Shown piece after piece: positions 1 to 7,704 of a stretch of DNA of 64,000 nucleotides; the stretch's first letter is position 1; each line of letters begins with the position of its first letter. The notes under the pieces were generated by a model, which was not told the origin of the DNA, made no database searches, and saw only the letters and a list, made by a program, of their open reading frames with translations. The DNA is from a virus. Its lineage: Duplodnaviria; Caudoviricetes. Made by a program: the position numbers and the translations under genes. The stretch is from positions 1-64,000 of IMG/VR virus record IMGVR_UViG_3300021426_000071. The stretch is one strand, 5' to 3'.

Positions 1-103
1 GGAATTATTGGAAGTTACGGCGCACCTCATACGCCGATGCGATTAACGGAGATTCAGGATAACTGCAAACCTCTCTGGTTTAGCGTGGGAAGATACCACG
101 GCA

Positions 104-182
104 TCGGAACGGCGGGACTCGAACCTGCATCGGGGCTTCCTCGGCCGCCATATTCCCCGCTCTACCATTGAGCTACGTTCCG
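104..182 (-). ncRNA. tRNA-like RNA with enlarged anticodon loop
   Basis: Acceptor CGGAACG/CGTTCCG, D-arm GCTC-AATGGTA-GAGC, T-arm GCAGG-TTCGAGT-CCCGC; GGGG/CCCC closes a 19-nt loop instead of 7 nt. Confidence 0.7.
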
Positions 183-186
183 ATAA

Positions 187-277
187 CTGAAGCGGTGTGA
201 TTTGAACACACATCTCTTTTGCGCTAAAGTGTTTTACCATAGGATTTATTTTTGGCACCTCATTAAACTACGCTTCA
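187..277 (-). ncRNA. tRNA-like RNA with expanded D-loop
   Basis: Acceptor TGAAGCG/CGCTTCA, T-arm GTGTG-TTCAAAT-CACAC, D-stem GTTT/AAAC enclosing an inserted hairpin, degenerate anticodon arm. Confidence 0.6.
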
Positions 278-280
278 ATA

Positions 281-335
281 ACTGGCGGCAGTCTTGGCCT
301 TCGACCGCACTTTAAGCGTTCATTAACGCACCAGT
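281..335 (-). ncRNA. small tRNA-like three-stem RNA
   Basis: 7-bp terminal stem ACTGGTG/CGCCAGT enclosing hairpins CGTT/AACG and GCGGTC/GACTGC; packed between other tRNA-like units. Confidence 0.4.
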
Positions 336-340
336 CTAAT

Positions 341-477
341 TATGCGGGTGAGGATTTACACCTCACAGACCAGAGCATTTCGGGCTGTTCGCTTCGCACA
401 TTTTCTAAGGCGTTGTCACGCAACGCTATGCCGCCTCTGGCTCCCCTTTAAGCGTTTACTTATTCCGCCACCGCATA
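341..477 (-). ncRNA. 137-nt tRNA-like RNA with large central insertion
   Basis: Acceptor TATGCGG/CCGCATA, Leu-type D-arm TGGCGGAATAAGTAAACGC, T-arm GTGAG-GTGTAAATC-CTCAC, central stem CCAGAG/CTCTGG. Confidence 0.65.
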
Positions 478-530
478 ACGTGGTCTTTCCTATTGTCAGA
501 CAAAGTTCTCCATTCTTGTACTGAATGGAA

Positions 531-602
531 CTGGGCTAGTTGGATTCGAACCAACGAATGCAGCAGTCAAAGTGCTGTGCCTTACCGCTTGGCGATAGCC
601 CA
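531..602 (-). tRNA. tRNA-Gln(TTG)
   Basis: Canonical cloverleaf TGGGCTATCGCCAAGCGGTAAGGCACAGCACTTTGACTGCTGCATTCGTTGGTTCGAATCCAACTAGCCCAG; CCA not encoded. Confidence 0.95.
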
Positions 603-710
603 AGAAAGGAGGGCGGCGCTTCGATCTTTCACTCCTACGTCGTCCGCAGTTAATATCAGGAGATGTCGAATTCCTGCGACCAAAATGACAAAACGATATT
701 TAACCGTATT

Positions 711-753
711 CTGGGTCTGGGAAGAGTCGAACTTCCAATACCCATCAGACCCA
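711..753 (-). ncRNA. tRNA minihelix-like RNA (acceptor plus T-arm only)
   Basis: TGGGTCTG-ATGGGTATT-GGAAG-TTCGACT-CTTCC-CAGACCCA. Confidence 0.6.
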
Positions 754-758
754 TGTTT

Positions 759-1057
759 TTGCTAATATTACAGCTCTCTATAAGCCAAACCCAAAAAGTA
801 TCCAACGGTATAGAATTTTTACGAGAGATTTTCTTATTCCGTACTGGTTACTCTTTAATGTCTAGTGCTTACTAAACTACTGTTTATTACTTATTGCCTA
901 CTGAGTAATGCTTACTAATTACTACTTAATCCATTTTCTTTCTATTAAATAGTCATCATTAGCATTGACGTTGCCGGAGTTCTTTATCTTTTCAACTCGG
1001 TCTACTTCCGGCTAAAGACAGAGCGGATACCTGTTATGGCTTTCGTAATATTAGCAA
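759..1057 (-). ncRNA. stem-closed ncRNA candidate with heptamer-repeat tract
   Basis: Perfect 13-bp terminal inverted repeat (759-771/1045-1057), nested stems AAGCCA/TGGCTT and AGGTATCCG/TGGATACTT, internal GCCGGA/TCCGGC hairpin, no credible ORF. Confidence 0.75.
830..928 (-). repeat. 14 tandem degenerate heptamers TANNNAN
   Basis: TAAGTAG TAATTAG TAAGCAT TACTCAG TAGGCAA TAAGTAA TAAACAG TAGTTTAG TAAGCAC TAGACAT TAAAGAG TAACCAG TACGGAA TAAGAAA. Confidence 0.9.
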
Positions 1058-1074
1058 TTCGTAAGATACAGCGA

Positions 1075-1112
1075 TTTGCTATAGGATGTAACCGTACCTC
1101 CCCTACAGCAAA
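1075..1112 (-). other. hairpin between the two ncRNA candidates
   Basis: TTTGCTGTAGG/CCTATAGCAAA, with a G-U pair only on the minus strand. Confidence 0.55.
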
Positions 1113-1119
1113 GGTTTTT

Positions 1120-1272
1120 AATAAGAGGTGCCCGACTCATTTGTTCTAGAATTAATAACGCCAAAAATGACATTAAACCTTATGCTCTGGAATCTATAAC
1201 AAATATAATAACTTATAACAAAAACGACGGATTTGATTTGCTTGTATATTTTTGAGCCTGACATCTCTTATT
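1120..1272 (-). ncRNA. second stem-closed ncRNA candidate with GTTAT repeats
   Basis: 20-nt terminal stem AATAAGAGATGTCAGGCTCA/TGAGTCGGGCACCTCTTATT (18/20 paired including G-U); begins 4 nt after the stop of 1277..1786. Confidence 0.65.
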
Positions 1273-1276
1273 CGGA

Positions 1277-1786
1277 TTACACCGCGATTTCGAACTTCAC
1301 GGTGGAATTAACCTTATCAAGTGCCAACTGAAGACCGCTCAGTCTTTCATAAGTCTCTTCGTAGAGCTTCTGAGCATCCTCGATCTCGTAATTCGTGTAT
1401 TCATAATCAATGGTTGAATTCTGCCCCGATCCATATGACCGTGTCCTTACGAACGGAGGTTTGCTAGCCATTGACTTATAGAGTTCTGCCCGCTCTCTCA
1501 GCTGAGGAAGAAGTACTAGAACTTCATCAATCGTAATACCGTCTTCTACCTCAGTAGTTGTATTAAAGACATTGATCGCGTGTTTCACAATTCTGATCTT
1601 CCGGCGAATCTGATTTAATTCGTCATAAGTCTCGAAGATCATATAGTGAGGACGAACATCCTCTTTATTTTCACAGGTTGCTGCCTTAAAAACAGAAGAG
1701 TATGATTCGTCTAAGACTATTCTGTTCTCTTCAACCTTAAGCTTATTGAGCAGCTTTACCGCCTCTGAAGATGTGTATAACGCCAT
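1277..1786 (-). CDS. coiled-coil protein, DIP1984/DUF6847-like (paralog B)
   Basis: GGAGG RBS; motifs EAVKLL..L, AINVFNTTT...TIDEVL, LQLALDKVNST. Confidence 0.7.
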   Translation of the reverse strand: MALYTSSEAVKLLNKLKVEENRIVLDESYSSVFKAATCENKEDVRPHYMIFETYDELNQIRRKIRIVKHAINVFNTTTEVEDGITIDEVLVLLPQLRERAELYKSMASKPPFVRTRSYGSGQNSTIDYEYTNYEIEDAQKLYEETYERLSGLQLALDKVNSTVKFEIAV

Positions 1787-1798
1787 GCTTTCCCTCCG

Positions 1799-2428
1799 TT
1801 AATACTCGATAGTTATATCATGTGTCGCATTTGCTATCTGGATCTGTGTATCTACACCAGACTCAAACTTTGAGATCCAGTCTTCCAGCTTCGCAATCTT
1901 GTCGCGAATATTAAGCGGATCAATAAGGATATACTGATTATCCTCTTTATACTGATTAAGGAAGTCGAGATAGCCGTCAGCCTTTGTGTCGCCCTCGAAT
2001 CTCTGCTTCGCATTACGCTCTGCGGCATCTTCGAGTTTATCGCCATTTTCGGATCTCATCCGACTCTCCGCCTCGTAAAGCTGTTGAGACAGTAGGTCGA
2101 GGAGTTGCTTCTTCTGGTGAATACCATGTTCTTTAATGTACAGCGCTGCCGCCACACTCATCTCCTCTCCGCAAATAGTGATCTTTGTCGAAGCGTTAAA
2201 TTCATTAATCGCCTTCTTCATCGCCAGATAACGGTCGAGAAGCTTTGTTGTAGAGTCATAACTCGATTTCGCCAAATTTGTAAAATCCTCGAGTTTCATT
2301 CCATCGACCTTTTTAGCCGACTGGCGATTCGCAGTAATAAGCTTCATCCCCCTCATCGCCTTAAAAAATCGATCTTCCTGAATCTTCAGCTGTCCGATTG
2401 CTTCGAGAACCTTCATAGTCTCGGTCAT
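1799..2428 (-). CDS. coiled-coil protein, DIP1984/DUF6847-like (paralog A)
   Basis: AGGAGG RBS; motifs VLEAIGQLK, AINEFNAST...SVAAAL, VDTQIQIANAT. Confidence 0.7.
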   Translation of the reverse strand: MTETMKVLEAIGQLKIQEDRFFKAMRGMKLITANRQSAKKVDGMKLEDFTNLAKSSYDSTTKLLDRYLAMKKAINEFNASTKITICGEEMSVAAALYIKEHGIHQKKQLLDLLSQQLYEAESRMRSENGDKLEDAAERNAKQRFEGDTKADGYLDFLNQYKEDNQYILIDPLNIRDKIAKLEDWISKFESGVDTQIQIANATHDITIEY

Positions 2429-2473
2429 ATCTCTCCTCCTTATTTTTTATTGCCCTGTTTTTGATCTAACGGT

Positions 2474-2502
2474 ATTATACTGCCCTTATTATGATTTGTC
2501 AA
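2474..2502 (-). promoter_or_regulatory. sigma-A promoter with AGGG box, driving the coiled-coil/ncRNA/tRNA unit
   Basis: TTGACA-AATCATAATAAGGGCAG-TATAAT. Confidence 0.85.
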
Positions 2503-2647
2503 CACCCTCTTTAAAGAAGAGGATTGATATCATTGCGATTGCAAATGAAATAATATTGTATGTTATATCATTAGATACTTTTGCAATCAGAAGATAATTC
2601 GAACTTAGAATTAAACATAATATGCCCATGATTGTATATTCGACCAT
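2489..2647 (-). CDS. small two-TM membrane protein (52 aa)
   Basis: ATG at 2647; reads MVEYTIMGILCLILSSNYLLIAKV...; below the ORF-track cutoff. Confidence 0.5.
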   Translation of the reverse strand: MVEYTIMGILCLILSSNYLLIAKVSNDITYNIISFAIAMISILFFKEGVDKS

Positions 2648-2649
2648 AA

Positions 2650-3081
2650 TTATGTACCCGTGCTCCCGAAGCCTCCGTCCCCGCGCTCCGTCTCTTTAAG
2701 GTCATCCACCTGTTCGAACTCTACGGCCTGATAAGGAATGATAACCAACTGGGCGATTCTATCCCCGTCATGAACCCGTCTATGATGTTTGCTATCATTA
2801 TGTAGCGCAACAATGACCTCTCCTGTATAGTCGCAATCGACAACGCCGACACAATTGGCGGGCCTCAATCCCTCATTTACAGACAGGCCAGATCTCGCGA
2901 ATATCGCCCCGAAATAACCGTATGGAATTTGTATTGCTATTCCAGTTGAAACTTTGAGTGTTGAACCAGCATCTATTATATGTTCGCCGCTCGCATATAA
3001 ATCATATCCCGCCGCGTATAGGCTGCCCCTAGTTGGAATTTTAGCCGTCTCGTTAAGAAGTTTAATACTCACTTTCTTCAA
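2650..3081 (-). CDS. dut: trimeric dUTPase
   Basis: AGYDL, ARSGL, GVVDCDYTGE, RIAQLV, RGDGGFGSTG motifs. Confidence 0.97.
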   Translation of the reverse strand: MKKVSIKLLNETAKIPTRGSLYAAGYDLYASGEHIIDAGSTLKVSTGIAIQIPYGYFGAIFARSGLSVNEGLRPANCVGVVDCDYTGEVIVALHNDSKHHRRVHDGDRIAQLVIIPYQAVEFEQVDDLKETERGDGGFGSTGT

Positions 3082-3547
3082 TTTCGTATCTCCTATTCTT
3101 CTGAAACTTATATGTAATATCTTTTATTTCATGTGTCGTCATATACATTTTTTGATTGGTCTTAACACTATTTAAACCGCCTAAATTATTATCATAGTGG
3201 CCGACTTTAATGTAATCACACAAACGGAAAAGAATTTGGGAAGGTTGGTCGTTTCCAGTATAAAGGCATATCATCAACTCTGGATGTCTTATTCTTACTT
3301 CTGCAATACAGGAAATTAGTTCTTCTAATTCATGATCCCCTCCCATGAAACAGACACAGCTTATTTCTTCAATATGCTTATCAATTATTGTCATCATGTC
3401 GGGTTTAAGGGGGAGACCAGTGTCTCCCCATAAATATTCCGAATGACATCCTATACAGTGATACGGACAGTTACTGATATTAAAAACCAGTGATATTTCA
3501 TCTGGAACTTCCTGTAAAACCACCTGATATCCAACGTATTTAAGCAT
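3062..3547 (-). CDS. nrdG: anaerobic ribonucleotide reductase activase (radical SAM)
   Basis: CPYHCIGCHS, FMGGD, KTNQKMY; adjacent to nrdD. Confidence 0.93.
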   Translation of the reverse strand: MLKYVGYQVVLQEVPDEISLVFNISNCPYHCIGCHSEYLWGDTGLPLKPDMMTIIDKHIEEISCVCFMGGDHELEELISCIAEVRIRHPELMICLYTGNDQPSQILFRLCDYIKVGHYDNNLGGLNSVKTNQKMYMTTHEIKDITYKFQKNRRYEIEESEY

Positions 3548-5417
3548 AGAATCTCATCTTCGCCTCTTTAATTCTTGGGGCTGAGAATTTCGAAACTCTT
3601 TTCAGATACCCGATCACGCGTGTAGCATAGTCCACGTTTTCACTCCCGCATTTTTCACATCTATCTACATAATGTTTAGATATATGACCACAATCATTAC
3701 AAATTGTATTAGGAATATTGAAGGTAAAATATGTACAGCCAGTCTTAATTGCAAGTCTTAAAAGTTTTCTATATGTTTCATATGTCAGGTGCTCGGAAAG
3801 ATTACAATGAAGCGCACTTCCACCATCGAGATACTTTGTCAGTTTATTACCATGAAGAATAAATTTGTCCGGCACAGAACATGTCTCATCTTCTACTTTG
3901 TAAAAGTAACTATTATAACAATCTCTCGGAACGACATATCCATCCTTGCGATCCCACTTCGCATTTTTAACCCCCAAGTTTTCCGCTGGCACGAACTCGG
4001 TGTTAAACATCAATTCATCTGTTTTTGCGGCCTTGTTCTCCTCGTAAATAGGTTTAAGAATAGCCTCTCCGAACTCGAAATATGCATCATTAGGAGAAAT
4101 ATCGATGCCTAAAAATTCTGCCGCTTCCACAAATCCATTGATACCAATAGTTAAATATTGCTTTTCAAGTGAGATATATCCGGCATCATATACAGGCAGA
4201 AGTCCTGCTTTATAATTATCCTTCATAATCTCATTGAAGGCGATTTGATACTTATGAATCTTCTTAACCTGTTCACGTACCGCCTCGGAAATCTCTTCTT
4301 TTGATACCTCTTCCCTGTTTTTACAAACATTCTGTACCAATCTATTGAGATTAATGGTCATTACAGATTTAGAACCAGTACTAACGCCGCCAGCACCAAG
4401 CGTATAACTAAAAGTATTATCGGTAATGCCGTTCTTGAGCCGACAGCACGACGCCAACGAGTCTACAGAATCACTGGTATAAACGAAAAAGCTATGTCCT
4501 TCCGCATACATCTTTGCAGTAAACTCAAACCATTCCTGATCTACAAAATCTTTTCCGTCGTTGAGCAAATTCACGGTCTCTACTGGAAAAGTAAGAACGG
4601 ACTTCAGCCTTTCGCTATTAAACCATTTCATAAACCGTTTTTGCAGCCAACTAACACTCTCCCACTTTGGTGTTGTTCCGTCTGGAAAAACAAATCCATC
4701 GAATATACCATTGAAATAATTTCTGTCAAAATACGCGATGTTCCAGAAGACACTTTGACTATTCCTAGCTGCCGCTGGCTGGTTCATAGAGTAGACGACC
4801 TGTTCGAAATAATCTGTAATGATTTTATCTATCGTCTTTCCTCCATATCCCTCGGCCTTAAGCTTTTTGCCCGGATTATCTGTCCAGTAAACGACAGAAC
4901 ACACATTTTTATCTAAATAATAATTATCTCCGAATTCTTTTCGAATGAAATAATCGAGATATGTTAGGAATTCTGGTGTCGCAACTGCTCCGGCGAATTG
5001 AGCCGCCACAGCAAATACTAGGTTGATAAATGATCCACAAAATGACTGTAAATTAGTTGGTGCAGTTGAAACGCCTCCGATGTTGGCAAGTCCATTAAAA
5101 AGAAACGGGTACATCGTAATTGAAACACAGTACGGATAAAGACTTGTTTCGTCATGTTTATATATTTCATGAGCGTCGAGTTGTCTACTGTACTCGTTGG
5201 CCAGTTCTTCACCGAATAATTCCTTAATCTTATCTGTTAACATTAGTCGGTTGGTTCCGATAAACAAGCGCTTAGGAAGTTCTCCGGCCATCGTTGCTAC
5301 GTTTTTATTTTCAACATTGGCATTGGCATCAACTTCTGAGCCAGTCGCAGCATTTAATGCTGCTCTATATTTATTAATAAAGTTTGCTTGTGTCCTATAA
5401 CCCTCGTAGTTCGGCAT
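3540..5417 (-). CDS. nrdD: class III anaerobic ribonucleoside-triphosphate reductase
   Basis: IYKHD, PYCVS, TFPV, ASCCRL, C-terminal CxxC..CxxC and glycyl-radical TRVIGYL; no ATP cone. Confidence 0.96.
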   Translation of the reverse strand: MPNYEGYRTQANFINKYRAALNAATGSEVDANANVENKNVATMAGELPKRLFIGTNRLMLTDKIKELFGEELANEYSRQLDAHEIYKHDETSLYPYCVSITMYPFLFNGLANIGGVSTAPTNLQSFCGSFINLVFAVAAQFAGAVATPEFLTYLDYFIRKEFGDNYYLDKNVCSVVYWTDNPGKKLKAEGYGGKTIDKIITDYFEQVVYSMNQPAAARNSQSVFWNIAYFDRNYFNGIFDGFVFPDGTTPKWESVSWLQKRFMKWFNSERLKSVLTFPVETVNLLNDGKDFVDQEWFEFTAKMYAEGHSFFVYTSDSVDSLASCCRLKNGITDNTFSYTLGAGGVSTGSKSVMTINLNRLVQNVCKNREEVSKEEISEAVREQVKKIHKYQIAFNEIMKDNYKAGLLPVYDAGYISLEKQYLTIGINGFVEAAEFLGIDISPNDAYFEFGEAILKPIYEENKAAKTDELMFNTEFVPAENLGVKNAKWDRKDGYVVPRDCYNSYFYKVEDETCSVPDKFILHGNKLTKYLDGGSALHCNLSEHLTYETYRKLLRLAIKTGCTYFTFNIPNTICNDCGHISKHYVDRCEKCGSENVDYATRVIGYLKRVSKFSAPRIKEAKMRFYA

Positions 5418-5421
5418 CCTC

Positions 5422-5622
5422 TCACCTCTCGTTAACCCAGATCATTGCCTGTTGACAATTCTTAATCTTGCCATCAACCTCGAGCATCGGAACCGTCGCA
5501 AACCCTTTTCTAATCATCTCTTTTGTGTCGGTTACCACATCATATTCAATATTCTTTTCATCAAGCTTCTGCTTTAACACCCTACACTGTGGACACCCAG
5601 TTGTGTATAGCACAACTTTCAA
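5422..5622 (-). CDS. NrdH/glutaredoxin-like protein
   Basis: YTTGCPQC, TVPML. Confidence 0.85.
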   Translation of the reverse strand: MKVVLYTTGCPQCRVLKQKLDEKNIEYDVVTDTKEMIRKGFATVPMLEVDGKIKNCQQAMIWVNER

Positions 5623-5805
5623 TTAAACCAACTCCTTTCGTATGTCTTCGCAATACATAAGCGCTCTTTCGATCCACGCATCCTTCGTCAAATTAAAAAG
5701 CTCTTTGAGTACATCGATTGCATTTTCTGTATCATATAAGGTGCGATTTGTGTCTACCCTATAATAATCCATGATCGCCTCGGCGATTTCATACCCATAG
5801 TCCAT
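5623..5805 (-). CDS. hypothetical protein
   Basis: 60-aa ORF abutting the glutaredoxin gene. Confidence 0.55.
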   Translation of the reverse strand: MDYGYEIAEAIMDYYRVDTNRTLYDTENAIDVLKELFNLTKDAWIERALMYCEDIRKELV

Positions 5806-5830
5806 ATTGCCCTATTTGTTATATGTTTAG

Positions 5831-5860
5831 AAAAATCAAAGCCCGACGGTAATCGGGCTT
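5831..5860 (-). terminator. intrinsic terminator
   Basis: AAGCCCGA-TTACCG-TCGGGCTT followed by TGATTTTT. Confidence 0.7.
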
Positions 5861-6131
5861 AGCTACAAAACACAATCGATACAATCGTACCAGATTTGTC
5901 ATACTGAATGTAATACATCCCGTTTCTTATTGTATCAACATGTTTAACATCGTTAAAATCTATAACAAAAATGTTCTCGTCGCTTTTAAGTCTCACCCCA
6001 TATCCGAGTTCTTCTATATCAGGTTTTTTAAGTTTCATTCTAATAGCATTACTGCAAAGTTTACTTTGTAAAGAAACAATAATATCCCCGGCTTCACTAT
6101 TCTCAAAAATCTTTCTGACTTCCTCGTTCAA
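5859..6131 (-). CDS. SOS-regulated hypothetical protein (antirepressor candidate)
   Basis: TTG start with AAGGTGGTGA RBS; own promoter, LexA box and terminator. Confidence 0.65.
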   Translation of the reverse strand: MNEEVRKIFENSEAGDIIVSLQSKLCSNAIRMKLKKPDIEELGYGVRLKSDENIFVIDFNDVKHVDTIRNGMYYIQYDKSGTIVSIVFCS

Positions 6132-6159
6132 TATTTCTTCACCACCTTTACAGAAGACT

Positions 6160-6173
6160 CGAACATATGTTCT
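6160..6173. promoter_or_regulatory. Firmicutes LexA (SOS) box
   Basis: CGAACATATGTTCT matches GAAC-N4-GTTC just downstream of a -10 element. Confidence 0.8.
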
Positions 6174-6181
6174 GCTCCGTT

Positions 6182-6210
6182 ATTATATCACCGCCTTATC
6201 TACTTCGCAA
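6182..6210 (-). promoter_or_regulatory. sigma-A promoter with extended -10
   Basis: TTGCGA-N17-TATAAT with TG at the extended position. Confidence 0.7.
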
Positions 6211-7139
6211 TAGCGTTCTAACATGGCGATCATATAAGGTCTTATAGAGCGTCTAATCTTTGCTGGATCGCTATAAAATAGGTAATCATTAGCAGCCTTT
6301 ACAAGAAGACCATTTTCCTCGTCTGTATTTCTCCTCTTTGAAAACATCTCGTTACAAACGTCATATCCAATATTGAGCCTTAAATAGTTAACGAATCCTG
6401 AATAATACAAATTTGCCATAGTCAAAGGTGATCCAGCCTCGTTCGACGCCCGCCTAAGATATACGGTGATATTGTATTTGCTATTACCAGTTGAGGGAAC
6501 CAATCCGCCCTGAACCATAGGCTCACACGGAATCTTTCTTACTCCAGTGCGGCTTCTGGGATGTGGATTTAAAACATAATCTATATTTTGTACGACATTA
6601 AACGCCTCGCAAAGTTCTTGTGAGATAATTTTGATTCCACGTTTAGTATTGATTGTCTTTTTATTGTAATCGAAGTCATTTTTGCGCAGTTCAAACAAAT
6701 CCTCGGGAGAAAAAGCTACGCCCTCAAAAAATGATCTGATGATAACCTCGTAATACTCCCTGCTCAAGGGCATTTTCTTTACTATGCGGTTAATGTCATC
6801 CCCATCATAAAATTCCACTTTTATCTCAGAGTTGCTTACGATAACATTTGCCGAGATCAAAGCGTCATCACACACATTTCCATGAGTTATCTGACGATTT
6901 GTGATTAGATAATCATAGAAGTTTTTAAACGCCGCAATATAGTTCAGCACGGAGTTCGTACTCTTGAAACCATGTTTTATTAAATACTTGTATAAATCTG
7001 GTGCTTCAAATTCGATTGGTGTTTTTTGTAACTCGTTACAATACTTCTCCAGCTCTGCACTGACAAGCATATATTTATTTGTATAATCGCCGCCAGTGTA
7101 CTCCTCGACAATTCTTTTATAATCCTCAAAATTATACAT
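6183..7139 (-). CDS. integrase-fold protein lacking catalytic motifs (MrpR/YopR-like repressor candidate)
   Basis: Core-binding-like N-terminus (NSVLNYIAAFKNFYDYL), FFEG..LFELRKNDFD, TMANLYYSG in place of HxLR. Confidence 0.6.
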   Translation of the reverse strand: MYNFEDYKRIVEEYTGGDYTNKYMLVSAELEKYCNELQKTPIEFEAPDLYKYLIKHGFKSTNSVLNYIAAFKNFYDYLITNRQITHGNVCDDALISANVIVSNSEIKVEFYDGDDINRIVKKMPLSREYYEVIIRSFFEGVAFSPEDLFELRKNDFDYNKKTINTKRGIKIISQELCEAFNVVQNIDYVLNPHPRSRTGVRKIPCEPMVQGGLVPSTGNSKYNITVYLRRASNEAGSPLTMANLYYSGFVNYLRLNIGYDVCNEMFSKRRNTDEENGLLVKAANDYLFYSDPAKIRRSIRPYMIAMLERYCEVDKAVI

Positions 7140-7161
7140 AGGCGTTCCCCTTTCTGCTACA

Positions 7162-7190
7162 ATAATACCCTATATCTAACTTGCAGTCAA
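7162..7190 (-). promoter_or_regulatory. promoter of the repressor-like gene
   Basis: TTGACT-GCAAGTTAGATATAGGG-TATTAT. Confidence 0.65.
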
Positions 7191-7284
7191 TTTAGAGAAG
7201 CCCATATTTAATTTTTTAGATATCTCCCCGCGCCGCTAGAGTCCCATATGTCATCACCTCGCAATCCAATCACCCTACAATGTT

Positions 7285-7313
7285 ATTATACTGCCCTAAT
7301 TATAATTTGTCAA
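7285..7313 (-). promoter_or_regulatory. sigma-A promoter with AGGG box
   Basis: TTGACA-AATTATAATTAGGGCAG-TATAAT. Confidence 0.85.
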
Positions 7314-7704
7314 TCGCATAAATATTCGGATACCACGAGAATACCCTTAACCTTCTTCCTCTTGTAACAAAGCGATAGGTTTCCCCGACCTTTATTACCG
7401 CAAACATATCTGACGAGTTAAACTTTAATCTAATCCATGAATCCGTGATCTCAAACACTTCTGGTTCGCCAGACTCGTTTTCTGCAAAGATTAAATATTT
7501 TCCATTTCCTCCAACTGGCTTTACTTGTTTATCTGTCACGGTCGCTACCGTCTCAATCTCCCGCCCGAATGTGCTATTAATAGCCGGAGTGATCCCAAGT
7601 ATAATAATCCCAATAATAAAAACGAACCATATAATAAGAAAGGCTAAACCATCTTCTAAATACCTCATATATCTCCTTAAAAATGGCGGGGCGTGCAGTT
7701 TCAA
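7300..7704 (-). CDS. membrane-anchored protein, DUF1523-like
   Basis: N-terminal TM; TVTDK..YLIF..VFEITDS..FNSSD..G.R...SWYPNI; start may be the internal MRYLE. Confidence 0.7.
   Translation of the reverse strand: MKLHAPPFLRRYMRYLEDGLAFLIIWFVFIIGIIILGITPAINSTFGREIETVATVTDKQVKPVGGNGKYLIFAENESGEPEVFEITDSWIRLKFNSSDMFAVIKVGETYRFVTRGRRLRVFSWYPNIYAIDKL

Noticed and set aside
1-100. Possible further structured RNA at the window edge
   Set aside because: Hairpins are present but the element is truncated and cannot be classified
43-875. Short ORFs over the tRNA region
   Set aside because: They overlap tRNA-Gln and structured RNA elements and lack RBS
830-928. CRISPR-array interpretation of the heptamer tract
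   Set aside because: No 23-47-nt repeats with unique spacers
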